Assembly (NCBI GenBank): GCA_963764165.1
Contig: CAVXRD010000002.1
Coordinates: 1,152,001 to 1,216,000, forward strand
DNA length: 64,000 nt
Direction: 5' to 3'
From: an uncultured Verrucomicrobiae bacterium
Lineage (GTDB): Bacteria > Verrucomicrobiota > Verrucomicrobiia > Limisphaerales > Palsa-1400
Positions 21,152-31,377 of the stretch are shown piece after piece; positions within the stretch are counted from its first letter, which is position 1; each line of letters begins with the position of its first letter. Both the position numbers and the translations under genes were made by a program. Below the pieces are notes generated by a model, which did no database searches, had not been told where the DNA came from, and saw nothing but the letters and a program-made list of their open reading frames with translations.

Positions 21152-21188
21152 ACCAAAAAGTAATACCACGCGCCTGCAGGCGCGTCAA
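21152..21188 (-). promoter_or_regulatory. Sigma70-like promoter with palindromic operator for the TA pair
   Basis: TTGACG-17-TATTAC, with perfect palindrome ACGCGCCTGCAGGCGCGT (21168-21185), a few nt before the ATG. Confidence 0.5.
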
Positions 21189-21277
21189 TGTGGGCACGAC
21201 CTCCGTAAATATGCGAATATGTGGCACTGACAGAACGATGGGAGACGTTAAATGCAGCGGCGCAAGGACGAGGGCTC

Positions 21278-21344
21278 GCCACAGATTCACACAGATCAAC
21301 ACAGATTTTTGATTTATCTGTGTTGATCTGTGTCTGTCTGTGGC
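21278..21344. repeat. Palindromic ACAGAT element, copy 2
   Basis: Near-identical to copy 1, same orientation, 940 bp downstream. Confidence 0.85.
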
Positions 21345-21413
21345 TCTTTTGTCAGGCGCGCCTTGCCTTGCGGTTCGGATGCTCGATCCCCAGCGCCGGG
21401 TTAGGAAAAGCCC

Positions 21414-21492
21414 ACAGAAGGTAACAAAGGAAACAAAGGAGGTCCCACTGAACCAGACGATTGCCCCCTTCGTTCGCTTCGTTTCCTTCTGT
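21414..21492. repeat. Inverted repeat, AACAGAAGG family
   Basis: acagaagg-taacaaagg-aaacaaagg ... ccttcgttcgcttcgtttccttctgt. Confidence 0.65.
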
Positions 21493-21634
21493 TAAGCCTC
21501 AACTTCAGTCTCTTTTCCTTAGTTCGGTCGTTCCAGATTCAATTTTCATCAGAATTTGTCCTCACGCCCGCTCATGGCTATTCGCCAGATTCGGATTGCT
21601 ACAGACGGTCTTCCCATGCTCAATGGGGCGGGTT

Positions 21635-22387
21635 ATGTCTTCTGAACCCGGAGCCAGTTCCATTTTTCCGCGCACCAACTGGGATGAGTTGGCGCCCGCG
21701 ACCACTGCCGACACCGAACGGCTGGATCGACTCATCCGGCTCTATTGGTCGCCGCTCAAGATTTTCCTCCTCGCCTCCTTTCCATCTTTGAAGGATCAGG
21801 CGGAAGTGCTGCTGCAGGAATTTGCCGAGGACAAAATGCTCAAGGCCGGCTGGCTTCAGCGGGCGGATCGCGAGCGCGGCAAGTTTCGCGATTTCCTAAA
21901 AACCAGCCTCCGCAACTTCGTCCTCGACCGCCTCAGCCGCGCCGAAGTCAAACACGCGCCTCTCTCGCTGGATGAACTCGAAGTCGATTTGCCCGGGCCA
22001 GAGGCGACGGCGGAAGCGTTCGACTTGACTTGGGTGCGGACGGTCCTCGGCGAAACGCTGCGGCGGATGGAGGAGGATTGCAAAGATCCCGAAAATGGCC
22101 AGCCACGGCGCGGGCAAATTTGGGAAATGTTTCGCATCCGCCTGCTGGATCCGCTTTTGCATGACGCCCCGCAAGTGCCATATGACCAACTCATACAAAC
22201 CTTCGGCTTGAAATCCCCGACCGACGCCTCGAACATGCTGTTGAGCGCCAAGCGCATGTTCAAATCGCACCTCACCAAAGTCATCAAGGAATATGCGGAA
22301 GCGGACGCCGCGACCGCTGAGGAAATCCGCGCCTTGGAGGAGTTTGTCGCCCGATTGGCGCAAGAAAGCCCCAAACGCGGCGTATAG
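21635..22387 (+). CDS. Divergent ECF sigma factor
   Basis: FPRTNWDEL, LDRLIRLYWSPL, LLQEF, GKFRDFLKTSLRNF, FDLTWVRTVL; homologous in layout to the 19447 sigma. Confidence 0.75.
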   Translation: MSSEPGASSIFPRTNWDELAPATTADTERLDRLIRLYWSPLKIFLLASFPSLKDQAEVLLQEFAEDKMLKAGWLQRADRERGKFRDFLKTSLRNFVLDRLSRAEVKHAPLSLDELEVDLPGPEATAEAFDLTWVRTVLGETLRRMEEDCKDPENGQPRRGQIWEMFRIRLLDPLLHDAPQVPYDQLIQTFGLKSPTDASNMLLSAKRMFKSHLTKVIKEYAEADAATAEEIRALEEFVARLAQESPKRGV

Positions 22388-22398
22388 GAAACGAGTGT

Positions 22399-22932
22399 AT
22401 GTCGGAATTTGATCCCGCTGGGACTCTCTCCAAGAGTCCCCCGAAAAGTCTCGCCGCATTCCTGGCGGAAGGGGAGGAACGCGCCCGCCTCTGGCGGCCG
22501 GACGAATTGGCAGCGATTTTCCGCCACCAAATGTCCGCCCCCGTGCTGGTGGATCTCGGCGGCGCCGATCCGGTGACAGCGGCGCGCCTGAAAGCCTTGA
22601 GCAACGCGCAAGGTTTATTATTGACAAGTTTTCGCGATCTTTTTCTGCATCCTGTTCCTCCGATTGAATTGCTGGCCCTCACCAAGGATTTCGCCAAGGG
22701 CAACATGGATCAGCCGGACAGCGTCCTTCCAAATGACGTGGCGGCGGCCGTTTATTATTTGACCATCGCGGCGGGATTGGTTCGCCTGAACCAGCGCATC
22801 TCGCGACTCGGCGATTCCGAACTCAAACGCGGCCTGGAGTGGGCCAAGAGCAAGCCGTGGGTGGAATCGGCGCTTCAGGATTTGCTGGGCGAGGCCGTGC
22901 GCAAATTGGAGACTCCCGGCGGGAAATCATGA
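22399..22932 (+). CDS. Hypothetical helical protein between ECF sigma and kinase
   Basis: 11 nt after the sigma stop; ATGA overlap with the kinase start; no motif recognised. Confidence 0.75.
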   Translation: MSEFDPAGTLSKSPPKSLAAFLAEGEERARLWRPDELAAIFRHQMSAPVLVDLGGADPVTAARLKALSNAQGLLLTSFRDLFLHPVPPIELLALTKDFAKGNMDQPDSVLPNDVAAAVYYLTIAAGLVRLNQRISRLGDSELKRGLEWAKSKPWVESALQDLLGEAVRKLETPGGKS

Positions 22933-25034
22933 GCAACGATTCCTCCAAGCAGGAACAGGCGCCGTTTGTTCCGCAGGCTTCGGTATTTTCCGGGCCGATC
23001 GCGGAACTGGTCGGCCACCGACTGCTCTCGCCGCCCAATCGGCCCGGCCTGCTCGCAACTCTTTCGCGTTACGAAGTGCTTCGCGTATTGGGCAGCGGCG
23101 GCATGGGCGTGGTGTTGCTGGCGCGCGATGGCGAATCCGGGCGGGAAGTTGCGCTGAAAATGGTGCGTCCGGAATTGGTCAGCAACCAGCAGGTCGTGCA
23201 CCGTTTCGTCAAGGAAGCGGGGCACTTGCAGAAGCTCAAGCATCCGAACATCATTCCTGTTCTCGAAATTTCGGACCGGGCGGAAGGGCCTTACTTCGTC
23301 ATGCCTTACTTCGAGCAAGGCAGCATGGCCGCGCAAATCAAGCCAGGCCAGGGGTATGATTCATCGACCGTGCTGGAAATTGCCCTGCAAGTCGCACAAG
23401 GCCTTCAATTCGCCCATCGCCGCGGCATCATTCATCGCGACCTCAAGCCCGCCAACATTTTGCTCGGCGCGGGCAACAGCGCTTGCCTGGCCGACTTCGG
23501 ACTCGCCCGGACGATGTTCAATGACACGATACTTGATGTCGAAAGTGACCGCCTCGAAGGAACCGCGCCCTACATGTCACCCGGTGTGGCGGCGGGAAAT
23601 GCCGAGGATACGCGCTGCGATATTTACGCCTTCGGGGCGGTCCTTTATGAAATGTTGACCGGCGATCCGCCTTACGTCGGGCGCAACACGCAGGACGTCC
23701 GCAAGCAAATTCTGGCTGGGCCGCCGAAGCCCATTCGCCAGCGCAATCCCGAAGCGGACGCGTGTCTGGCGGCGGTCGCGGAAGGGGCGATGGGGCGCGA
23801 ATTGCGCAACCGCTACGCCGACATGACAGACGTGTTGAGCGATTTGGAGCGGGTCAAGCAGGGCCGCAAACCCACCGGTCCGCACGGAATGGCCAAGCGG
23901 GTGCGCCATGTTCCAATCGCGGCGTGGGTTGGGTTGGCGGCGATGGCAGCCGTCGCCGTTTGGTGGGCGGTGCGCCCGCCAGTCAAAGAAAAGGTGACAA
24001 TTTTCCCGCCGCCGGGCCCGGTTACCCAGACCAATGTTGTTGCGCACCCACCCGTCACTAATCCACCACCGCCATCGAATCCGCCGCCGATTCAAGTGGT
24101 CGCGCCTCCGAAGTGGTCGCCGCCAATTATCGTGGGAGGCATGGGAGAAATGGGAGCGATGGACGGGTTTGGCACTGCTGCCCGTTTTGCGTCGCCAGTA
24201 GCCATTGCGGCCAATGGCACGGGCTACGTTTTTGTGGCGGATATGGGCAACAATACCATCCGCAAGATTTCGCCCGGCGGCGACGTGATCACCTTGGCGG
24301 GTTCGGCGGGCAAGCCGGGGGAGATCGACAAGGCCGGATCGGAAGCCCGCTTCACGGCGCCTCGGGGCATTGCAGCCGGGCGGTCGGGAAACGTGTATGT
24401 CGCGGAATTTGTCTCGGGCACAGTTCGGAAAATTAGTCCTGAGGGCTTTGTTTCGCTGCTCGCGGGCTCGCCGGGCCATCCTGGCTGGAAGGATGCCCGC
24501 GGCGATAACGCCCACTTCCGCAATCCTTGGGCGCTGGCAGTGGATCGCGACGAGAATGTTTATGTCACCGACAAGGATAATTTCGTCATCCGCAAGATTT
24601 CGCCCGACGGCGACGTCACCACCATAGCGGGGAAACCGGGCGTGCGCGGTTTTGCCGATGGCACGGGCGAGGCGGCCCGATTTGATGACTGCCAGGGGAT
24701 CGCCGTGGATCGCGCTCTCAATGTTTATGTTGCGGATACTGGAAATCAGACCATTCGCAAAATTTCGCCAAAGGGGGAAGTGACCTCGCTGGCTTCGGGG
24801 CTTTTCCGGCCCGTTTGCGTCGTGGTGGATGGAAAGGGAGATGTCTATTCGAGCGATTCCATCGGCGTTCACAAGATCGCCGGCGGAAATGTCGAATTGC
24901 TGCCTCCGCTTCTGCTGACCGCCAACCCGGACGGCCCCGTGGCGCAGGCGGACGGCATCGCGCTGGGGCCCGGCGGAACGCTTTACATTGTGGATACCAG
25001 CAAGGGCATTGTCTGCTGGCAGCCGACGAAGTAG
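22929..25034 (+). CDS. Membrane Ser/Thr kinase with Pro-rich linker and NHL-repeat propeller
   Basis: LGSGGMGVV, HRDLKPAN, DFG, GTAPYMSPG; TM AWVGLAAMAAVAVWW; repeats ARF..P.GIA..GNVYVAD.GN..IRKI. Confidence 0.9.
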   Translation: MSNDSSKQEQAPFVPQASVFSGPIAELVGHRLLSPPNRPGLLATLSRYEVLRVLGSGGMGVVLLARDGESGREVALKMVRPELVSNQQVVHRFVKEAGHLQKLKHPNIIPVLEISDRAEGPYFVMPYFEQGSMAAQIKPGQGYDSSTVLEIALQVAQGLQFAHRRGIIHRDLKPANILLGAGNSACLADFGLARTMFNDTILDVESDRLEGTAPYMSPGVAAGNAEDTRCDIYAFGAVLYEMLTGDPPYVGRNTQDVRKQILAGPPKPIRQRNPEADACLAAVAEGAMGRELRNRYADMTDVLSDLERVKQGRKPTGPHGMAKRVRHVPIAAWVGLAAMAAVAVWWAVRPPVKEKVTIFPPPGPVTQTNVVAHPPVTNPPPPSNPPPIQVVAPPKWSPPIIVGGMGEMGAMDGFGTAARFASPVAIAANGTGYVFVADMGNNTIRKISPGGDVITLAGSAGKPGEIDKAGSEARFTAPRGIAAGRSGNVYVAEFVSGTVRKISPEGFVSLLAGSPGHPGWKDARGDNAHFRNPWALAVDRDENVYVTDKDNFVIRKISPDGDVTTIAGKPGVRGFADGTGEAARFDDCQGIAVDRALNVYVADTGNQTIRKISPKGEVTSLASGLFRPVCVVVDGKGDVYSSDSIGVHKIAGGNVELLPPLLLTANPDGPVAQADGIALGPGGTLYIVDTSKGIVCWQPTK

Positions 25035-25037
25035 CTT

Positions 25038-25113
25038 GGCAGGGCGAGACCGTCCAGCCGTGATTAATTCTCTCGCTTAAGTCAATCAGGGCTCGACAGA
25101 GTCTCGCCCTGCC
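25038..25113. repeat. REP-like inverted pair (GGCAGGGCGAG family)
   Basis: ggcagggcgagac ... gtctcgccctgcc; related single unit at 44734-44758. Confidence 0.6.
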
Positions 25114-25279
25114 GAATATTGGAAGAATTCGAGCGAATCTTGCAAGATATTGCGGTGTTCCCCGTAAAGAACTGTGAACACGGCAGGTGCCGGCCTCTCT
25201 TGCGCAAAGACCGCAGGAGGCGTACGTTGAATTGGGCAGTCAGATGCATTCGGACCCGACCCAGTTCGGAAAGAAGAAT

Positions 25280-26095
25280 ATGAAAGAGCATTCAATCGCA
25301 TTTCGGGCGGCCCTCGCCGCGGCAGCAGTCTCCTTGATTTCATTTGTCGGCGCCGGCACGGCCACCGCCCAGACGCAGGCTCCGCTTGCGGCTCCCGCCG
25401 GGGCACCGCCGCCGCCCCATTCGAGCCAGCCCATGCCCGGCTTGCCCTACGGCGCCGGGGAAGTGGTAAAGATGTACCAAGGCGGCATTGCCAAGGACGT
25501 CATCCTCAATTACATCAACAGCACGTCCCTGCCCTACCACTTGAGCGCGGACAACATTCTTTATTTGCAAAGTTTGGGCGTCCCGCAGGACGTTACCAAG
25601 TCAATGATCCAGCGCGACGGCCAATTGCAGCAAATGCAGCAATACCAGCAGCCGGGGCAGGGTTATCCGCCGCCGCAACAGATGCCGCCGCAAATGCAAC
25701 AGCCACCGCCGGGCTATTATGGAGACCAGTCTCAACAGCCCGTGCAAGTGGCCACGCCTTCCACACCAGCTCCGGCTGTGACTGTGATCGGGTCTGACTA
25801 TTCATCCTATCCATATCCGTATTACGGATATGATTATCCATATTGGTACGGCGGATATTACGGCCCGTATCTCGGCCTCGGCTGGGGACGCGGCTGGTAT
25901 GGCGGCTACCGTGGAGGGTGGGGTGGTTATCGCGGTGGTTATGGCGTCGGAGGTTTTCGCGGAGGTTTTGGAGGTGGGTTCCGGGGCGGGGTTGGCTTTG
26001 GCGGAGGCTTCCACGGCAGCGTTGGCGGCGGCGGAGGCCACGGTGGATTCAGCGCCGGCGGCCACGGTGGCGGCGGCGGTGGCGGGCACCGTTAA
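25280..26095 (+). CDS. Secreted protein with Q/P-, Y- and G/RGG-rich low-complexity tail
   Basis: Signal peptide MKEHSIAFRAALAAAAVSLISFVGAGTATA; helical core EVVKMYQGG..LSADNILYLQSLGV. Confidence 0.8.
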   Translation: MKEHSIAFRAALAAAAVSLISFVGAGTATAQTQAPLAAPAGAPPPPHSSQPMPGLPYGAGEVVKMYQGGIAKDVILNYINSTSLPYHLSADNILYLQSLGVPQDVTKSMIQRDGQLQQMQQYQQPGQGYPPPQQMPPQMQQPPPGYYGDQSQQPVQVATPSTPAPAVTVIGSDYSSYPYPYYGYDYPYWYGGYYGPYLGLGWGRGWYGGYRGGWGGYRGGYGVGGFRGGFGGGFRGGVGFGGGFHGSVGGGGGHGGFSAGGHGGGGGGGHR

Positions 26096-26120
26096 TCACT
26101 TTTTGTAGAATAAATTCTCA

Positions 26121-26155
26121 AACGACCGCAATTCACCTTGCGGTCGTTCTATTTT
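26121..26155 (+). terminator. Intrinsic terminator
   Basis: aacgaccgcaa-ttcacc-ttgcggtcgtt followed by ctatttt. Confidence 0.6.
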
Positions 26156-26270
26156 GAGAGGCGGGGACGCTTCGGCGAGTCGTCCGTGCCTTGGCGGGTC
26201 TTATCTTGACGTCTATCTTGCGGCCAACGGCGTTTAATGATATGGTGGGGCAAATTGAACAAGTGATTTC

Positions 26271-28331
<2,061 letters not shown>

Positions 28332-28362
28332 CCTCTGGACAGGCGCGAGGGGCAGCCTATTT

Positions 28363-29115
28363 ATGATTGACGCCACAACCAGGCAGATGATCATCGCGCC
28401 GTCTCTGCTCGCGGCCAAATTCTCGCGCCTGGCCACGGAAACCGCGCGCGCCAGCGAATCCGGCGCACCGTGGCTGCACCTCGACATCATGGACGGCCAT
28501 TTTGTGCCGAACATTTCGTTTGGCCCGGCGGTGGTCAAATCCATCCGGCCCTTCACGAAGATGGTTTTCGACGTCCACATCATGTGCTCCAAGCCGGACA
28601 TTCTTCTTGACCCATTTGCCAAAGCCGGCGCGGACCGGATGACGGTGCATGTCGAGCTTGGGCAGCAAGTGGACCCGCTTATCTGGAAAATCCGCTCGCT
28701 GGGAAAGCAAGTCGGCCTGGCCATCAATCCGCCGACCGCAATGGCGTCATTGGAGCCTTATTTGGAACGCGTGGATTCGCTTTTGATCATGACCGTCAAC
28801 CCCGGCTTTGGCGGCCAGGAATTTATTACTGAATGTTTGACAAAGATTCAACAGGCGGCGGCTTGGCGCGAGAAGCACGGATACAAATATCGAATTGGGG
28901 TGGATGGCGGCATCCATGACGCCACAGCCTCCAGTTGCGCGGCGGCGGGCGCGGACACATTCATCAGCGGCACCGGTCTCTTCGCCCATCGGAATCTTCC
29001 GGCGGCGGTCGCCAAAATGCAGAAGATCATCGAGAAATCCGCCGCCAACGGCACGCCGCTGCCGCGGGAACAGACTGACGTTGGCAGGGAGGCCTCGCCG
29101 AGGCGTCTGGAGTGA
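28363..29115 (+). CDS. rpe: Ribulose-phosphate 3-epimerase
   Basis: IAPSLL, HLDIMDGHFVPN, MTVNPGFGGQ, VDGGI. Confidence 0.95.
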   Translation: MIDATTRQMIIAPSLLAAKFSRLATETARASESGAPWLHLDIMDGHFVPNISFGPAVVKSIRPFTKMVFDVHIMCSKPDILLDPFAKAGADRMTVHVELGQQVDPLIWKIRSLGKQVGLAINPPTAMASLEPYLERVDSLLIMTVNPGFGGQEFITECLTKIQQAAAWREKHGYKYRIGVDGGIHDATASSCAAAGADTFISGTGLFAHRNLPAAVAKMQKIIEKSAANGTPLPREQTDVGREASPRRLE

Positions 29116-29186
29116 GGCTCTCTCAATTGACGCGTCTCGATAATTTCACGCGGTTGGCCCGGACGCCTCGGCGAGGCGTCCCTGCC
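29083..29186. repeat. REPIN-like inverted pair of GGACGCCTCG-G-CGAGGCGTCC REPs
   Basis: Same family at 35338-35439; degenerate copy at 26165-26190. The left unit overlaps the last codons of rpe. Confidence 0.75.
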
Positions 29187-29328
29187 TTGGATTCCTGCCA
29201 TCGCAGGCTTGCGCTCTTTCCGCGACAATTCTAGTGTTAGTCCACAGAAATTTCCAATGACTGCGGCAAGGACATTTTCAGACGAGGCGGCCGCCCGCGG
29301 CGCAGCCAAATAAATTCTTAATCACCAC

Positions 29329-29829
29329 ATGCTTTCATCACACGAACTCTTCGGCTTCATGAGTCCAGACTTGGCTTCGAGAATCATCGAATCCGCGCAC
29401 GACGAAAACAAGGAACTCTATCACAGCGCCATGAGCGCGGTGGCCGAGGCGAAGAAATTGCGGCCCTCATTTTTCGAGCGAACGCCCCGTGCCAGCCGCC
29501 ACAAGGAAATGGCGGTCGTCCTGTCGCGTCCGCGCCTGGAAATGATATCCGCCAATCTTTTGCGCGAATGGCTCATGCGCAAGCAAACGCCGATGCTCGT
29601 CGCGTTCCTGGACTCCCTCGGCGTGCCGAACAAGGACGGCGCCGTCGACGATCTCCCGGCGACCATGGAAGACGCTAAATTGAACACCGCTGTCGAGCTG
29701 CTGCTGTCGAAATTTCCCGCCGAGGAAGTGGCCGTGTATTTGAATGCGTTCTACACCATGAACGACGTCCGCTGGCCGAACTTGGAAACGATGCTGAAGA
29801 ACGATCCCCGCCTGCAATTTGGGGGATAG
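29329..29829 (+). CDS. Hypothetical protein
   Basis: 166-aa ORF with host-like codon usage filling the intergenic space. Confidence 0.7.
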   Translation: MLSSHELFGFMSPDLASRIIESAHDENKELYHSAMSAVAEAKKLRPSFFERTPRASRHKEMAVVLSRPRLEMISANLLREWLMRKQTPMLVAFLDSLGVPNKDGAVDDLPATMEDAKLNTAVELLLSKFPAEEVAVYLNAFYTMNDVRWPNLETMLKNDPRLQFGG

Positions 29830-29887
29830 ATTGCCTGCGGAAGATGCCGGAGGCATCACAGCTTTTAGCCGGTGGTTGAGCGAAGCG

Positions 29888-31187
29888 CATGCGTGTCCAG
29901 TTATAAGTGAAACAAAGGCAATGTGTTACGACTTTCCGAATCGTTTTCGGAAATGGCGTTTGTTGCAAGCAGCTCACCCAGAGGGGTTTGCTCAAACGCG
30001 CTGACGCTGAAAATTTGCAGGATTTCATACAGACTTTTCTCCAATTTCCAATGCTTTTTGGCGATGGCCACCAAGAGGTAAGTGCAAATGGCGCACCATA
30101 TCTGGCATTGAATGGCGTTGCGGGAATGGCCGATGAAGCGGCGGATCCGCAGGTGCTGCTTGATCCATTTGAAGAACAGCTCCACCCTCCATCGCTTTTT
30201 GTATAATTCACAAATGGTCAGAGGAGGCAGTTCGAAATCATTGGTCAGAAACACCAGCGTGCGCTCTTCCAGCGCGTCCCGAAAAACCACTCGCCTGAGC
30301 GGAACCGGATACCGGCCTTTGGAGTCTTCGCCAGTCAAGCGAATGGTTTGATCGCACCGCAAACCGCCATCCTTGTCAACGACGCGAGATGCCTTCACCC
30401 TGAATTTGATCTGCCGCTTGTTGCGCACGACGAATTTGGCCCCGGCGGTTTCCACATTCATCAGCCTGGCGAAATCCAAATAGGCCCGGTCCATCACATG
30501 GAAGGCGCCGCGCTCCAAGGGAATCTGGTCGAGCATTTTCACGTCGGGAACAGAGGCTTCCGTGAGCGCCGCCCACACCGGCAGGTCCCCCCGGAAGGAC
30601 AGCATCGTGTGGAGCTTCATCGCGCCGGCGCGGGACCGTCCCCAATAGGCCCAAGGAAAGATTTTGATGCTCAGATGAATGATGGAGCTGTCCAAAGCCA
30701 GCGCGACGGCGGGAAAATCCGGGTCTGCGTTTTCAGGCTGGTAAAGCGCGCGGGCGCGCCGCATCAGCACTTCGGCCACTCCGGCAAAGACCCGCCAATC
30801 CCGGTTTTCGTTGGAGTAAGCCAGATTGGTCCGTGTGATCCTTCCCCGAAAGCCCAAATGATACTGCATGCGTGGACGGGCCTGCAGGCAGGCAACAATG
30901 TCGCGCAGACTCTCACGGTAAGTCAATTGTCCGAAACACAGAGCCAGGAAATGGTCGTAGGCGCTGAACGAGCGCGAGGAGCGCTTCATGGGAAAGGCCT
31001 CAGCGCAACGCCGAAATTCGGACGGATAAAGGAGATCGGTTAATTGGGAAAACACGTTTTGGTGGGAAGGCATTTGCCCAGCAAACCCGCTTCCAAACTG
31101 GATATCGAGAACAAACCCCAAATTCCCCAACCCTGCGATAATCAACGACTTTGGGCGCGTTGGCAACGCCTTAACTGGACACGAGTG
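29888..31187 (-). mobile_element. IS4-family insertion sequence, 1300 bp, 16-bp TIRs, 9-bp target duplication
   Basis: TIRs catgcgtgtccagtta (29888-29903) and taactggacacgagtg (31172-31187); TSD agcgaagcg at 29879-29887 and 31188-31196. Confidence 0.92.
29901..31073 (-). CDS. IS4-family DDE transposase
   Basis: VFSQL..FGQLTYRESLRDI; ALDSS, MDRAY, YKKRWRVELFFKWIK (YREK motif). Confidence 0.93.
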   Translation of the reverse strand: MPSHQNVFSQLTDLLYPSEFRRCAEAFPMKRSSRSFSAYDHFLALCFGQLTYRESLRDIVACLQARPRMQYHLGFRGRITRTNLAYSNENRDWRVFAGVAEVLMRRARALYQPENADPDFPAVALALDSSIIHLSIKIFPWAYWGRSRAGAMKLHTMLSFRGDLPVWAALTEASVPDVKMLDQIPLERGAFHVMDRAYLDFARLMNVETAGAKFVVRNKRQIKFRVKASRVVDKDGGLRCDQTIRLTGEDSKGRYPVPLRRVVFRDALEERTLVFLTNDFELPPLTICELYKKRWRVELFFKWIKQHLRIRRFIGHSRNAIQCQIWCAICTYLLVAIAKKHWKLEKSLYEILQIFSVSAFEQTPLGELLATNAISENDSESRNTLPLFHL

Positions 31188-31310
31188 AGCGAAGCGACAC
31201 CACCGGACACAACGATGATTATGACTCATCCCGGCAGGGATGACAGCCGCATGGCGGTGCGCTAGTTCATGCTGGCATCCTTCCAGGATGCAGGTTTTTC
31301 TGACATTTTT

Positions 31311-31342
31311 CCGGTGGTGTCGCTTCGCTCAACCACCGGCTA
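31311..31342. repeat. REP hairpin; inverted partner of the IS-disrupted REP
   Basis: ccggtggtgtcgcttcgctcaaccaccggcta is the reverse complement of the reconstructed empty IS site. Confidence 0.8.
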
Positions 31343-31377
31343 CAAGTTTGCATCCCTGCCGGGATGCAGCCCACGGC

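Noticed and set aside
20338..21344. ACAGAT repeats as a CRISPR array
   Set aside because: Only two copies 940 bp apart, no regular spacers, no cas genes.
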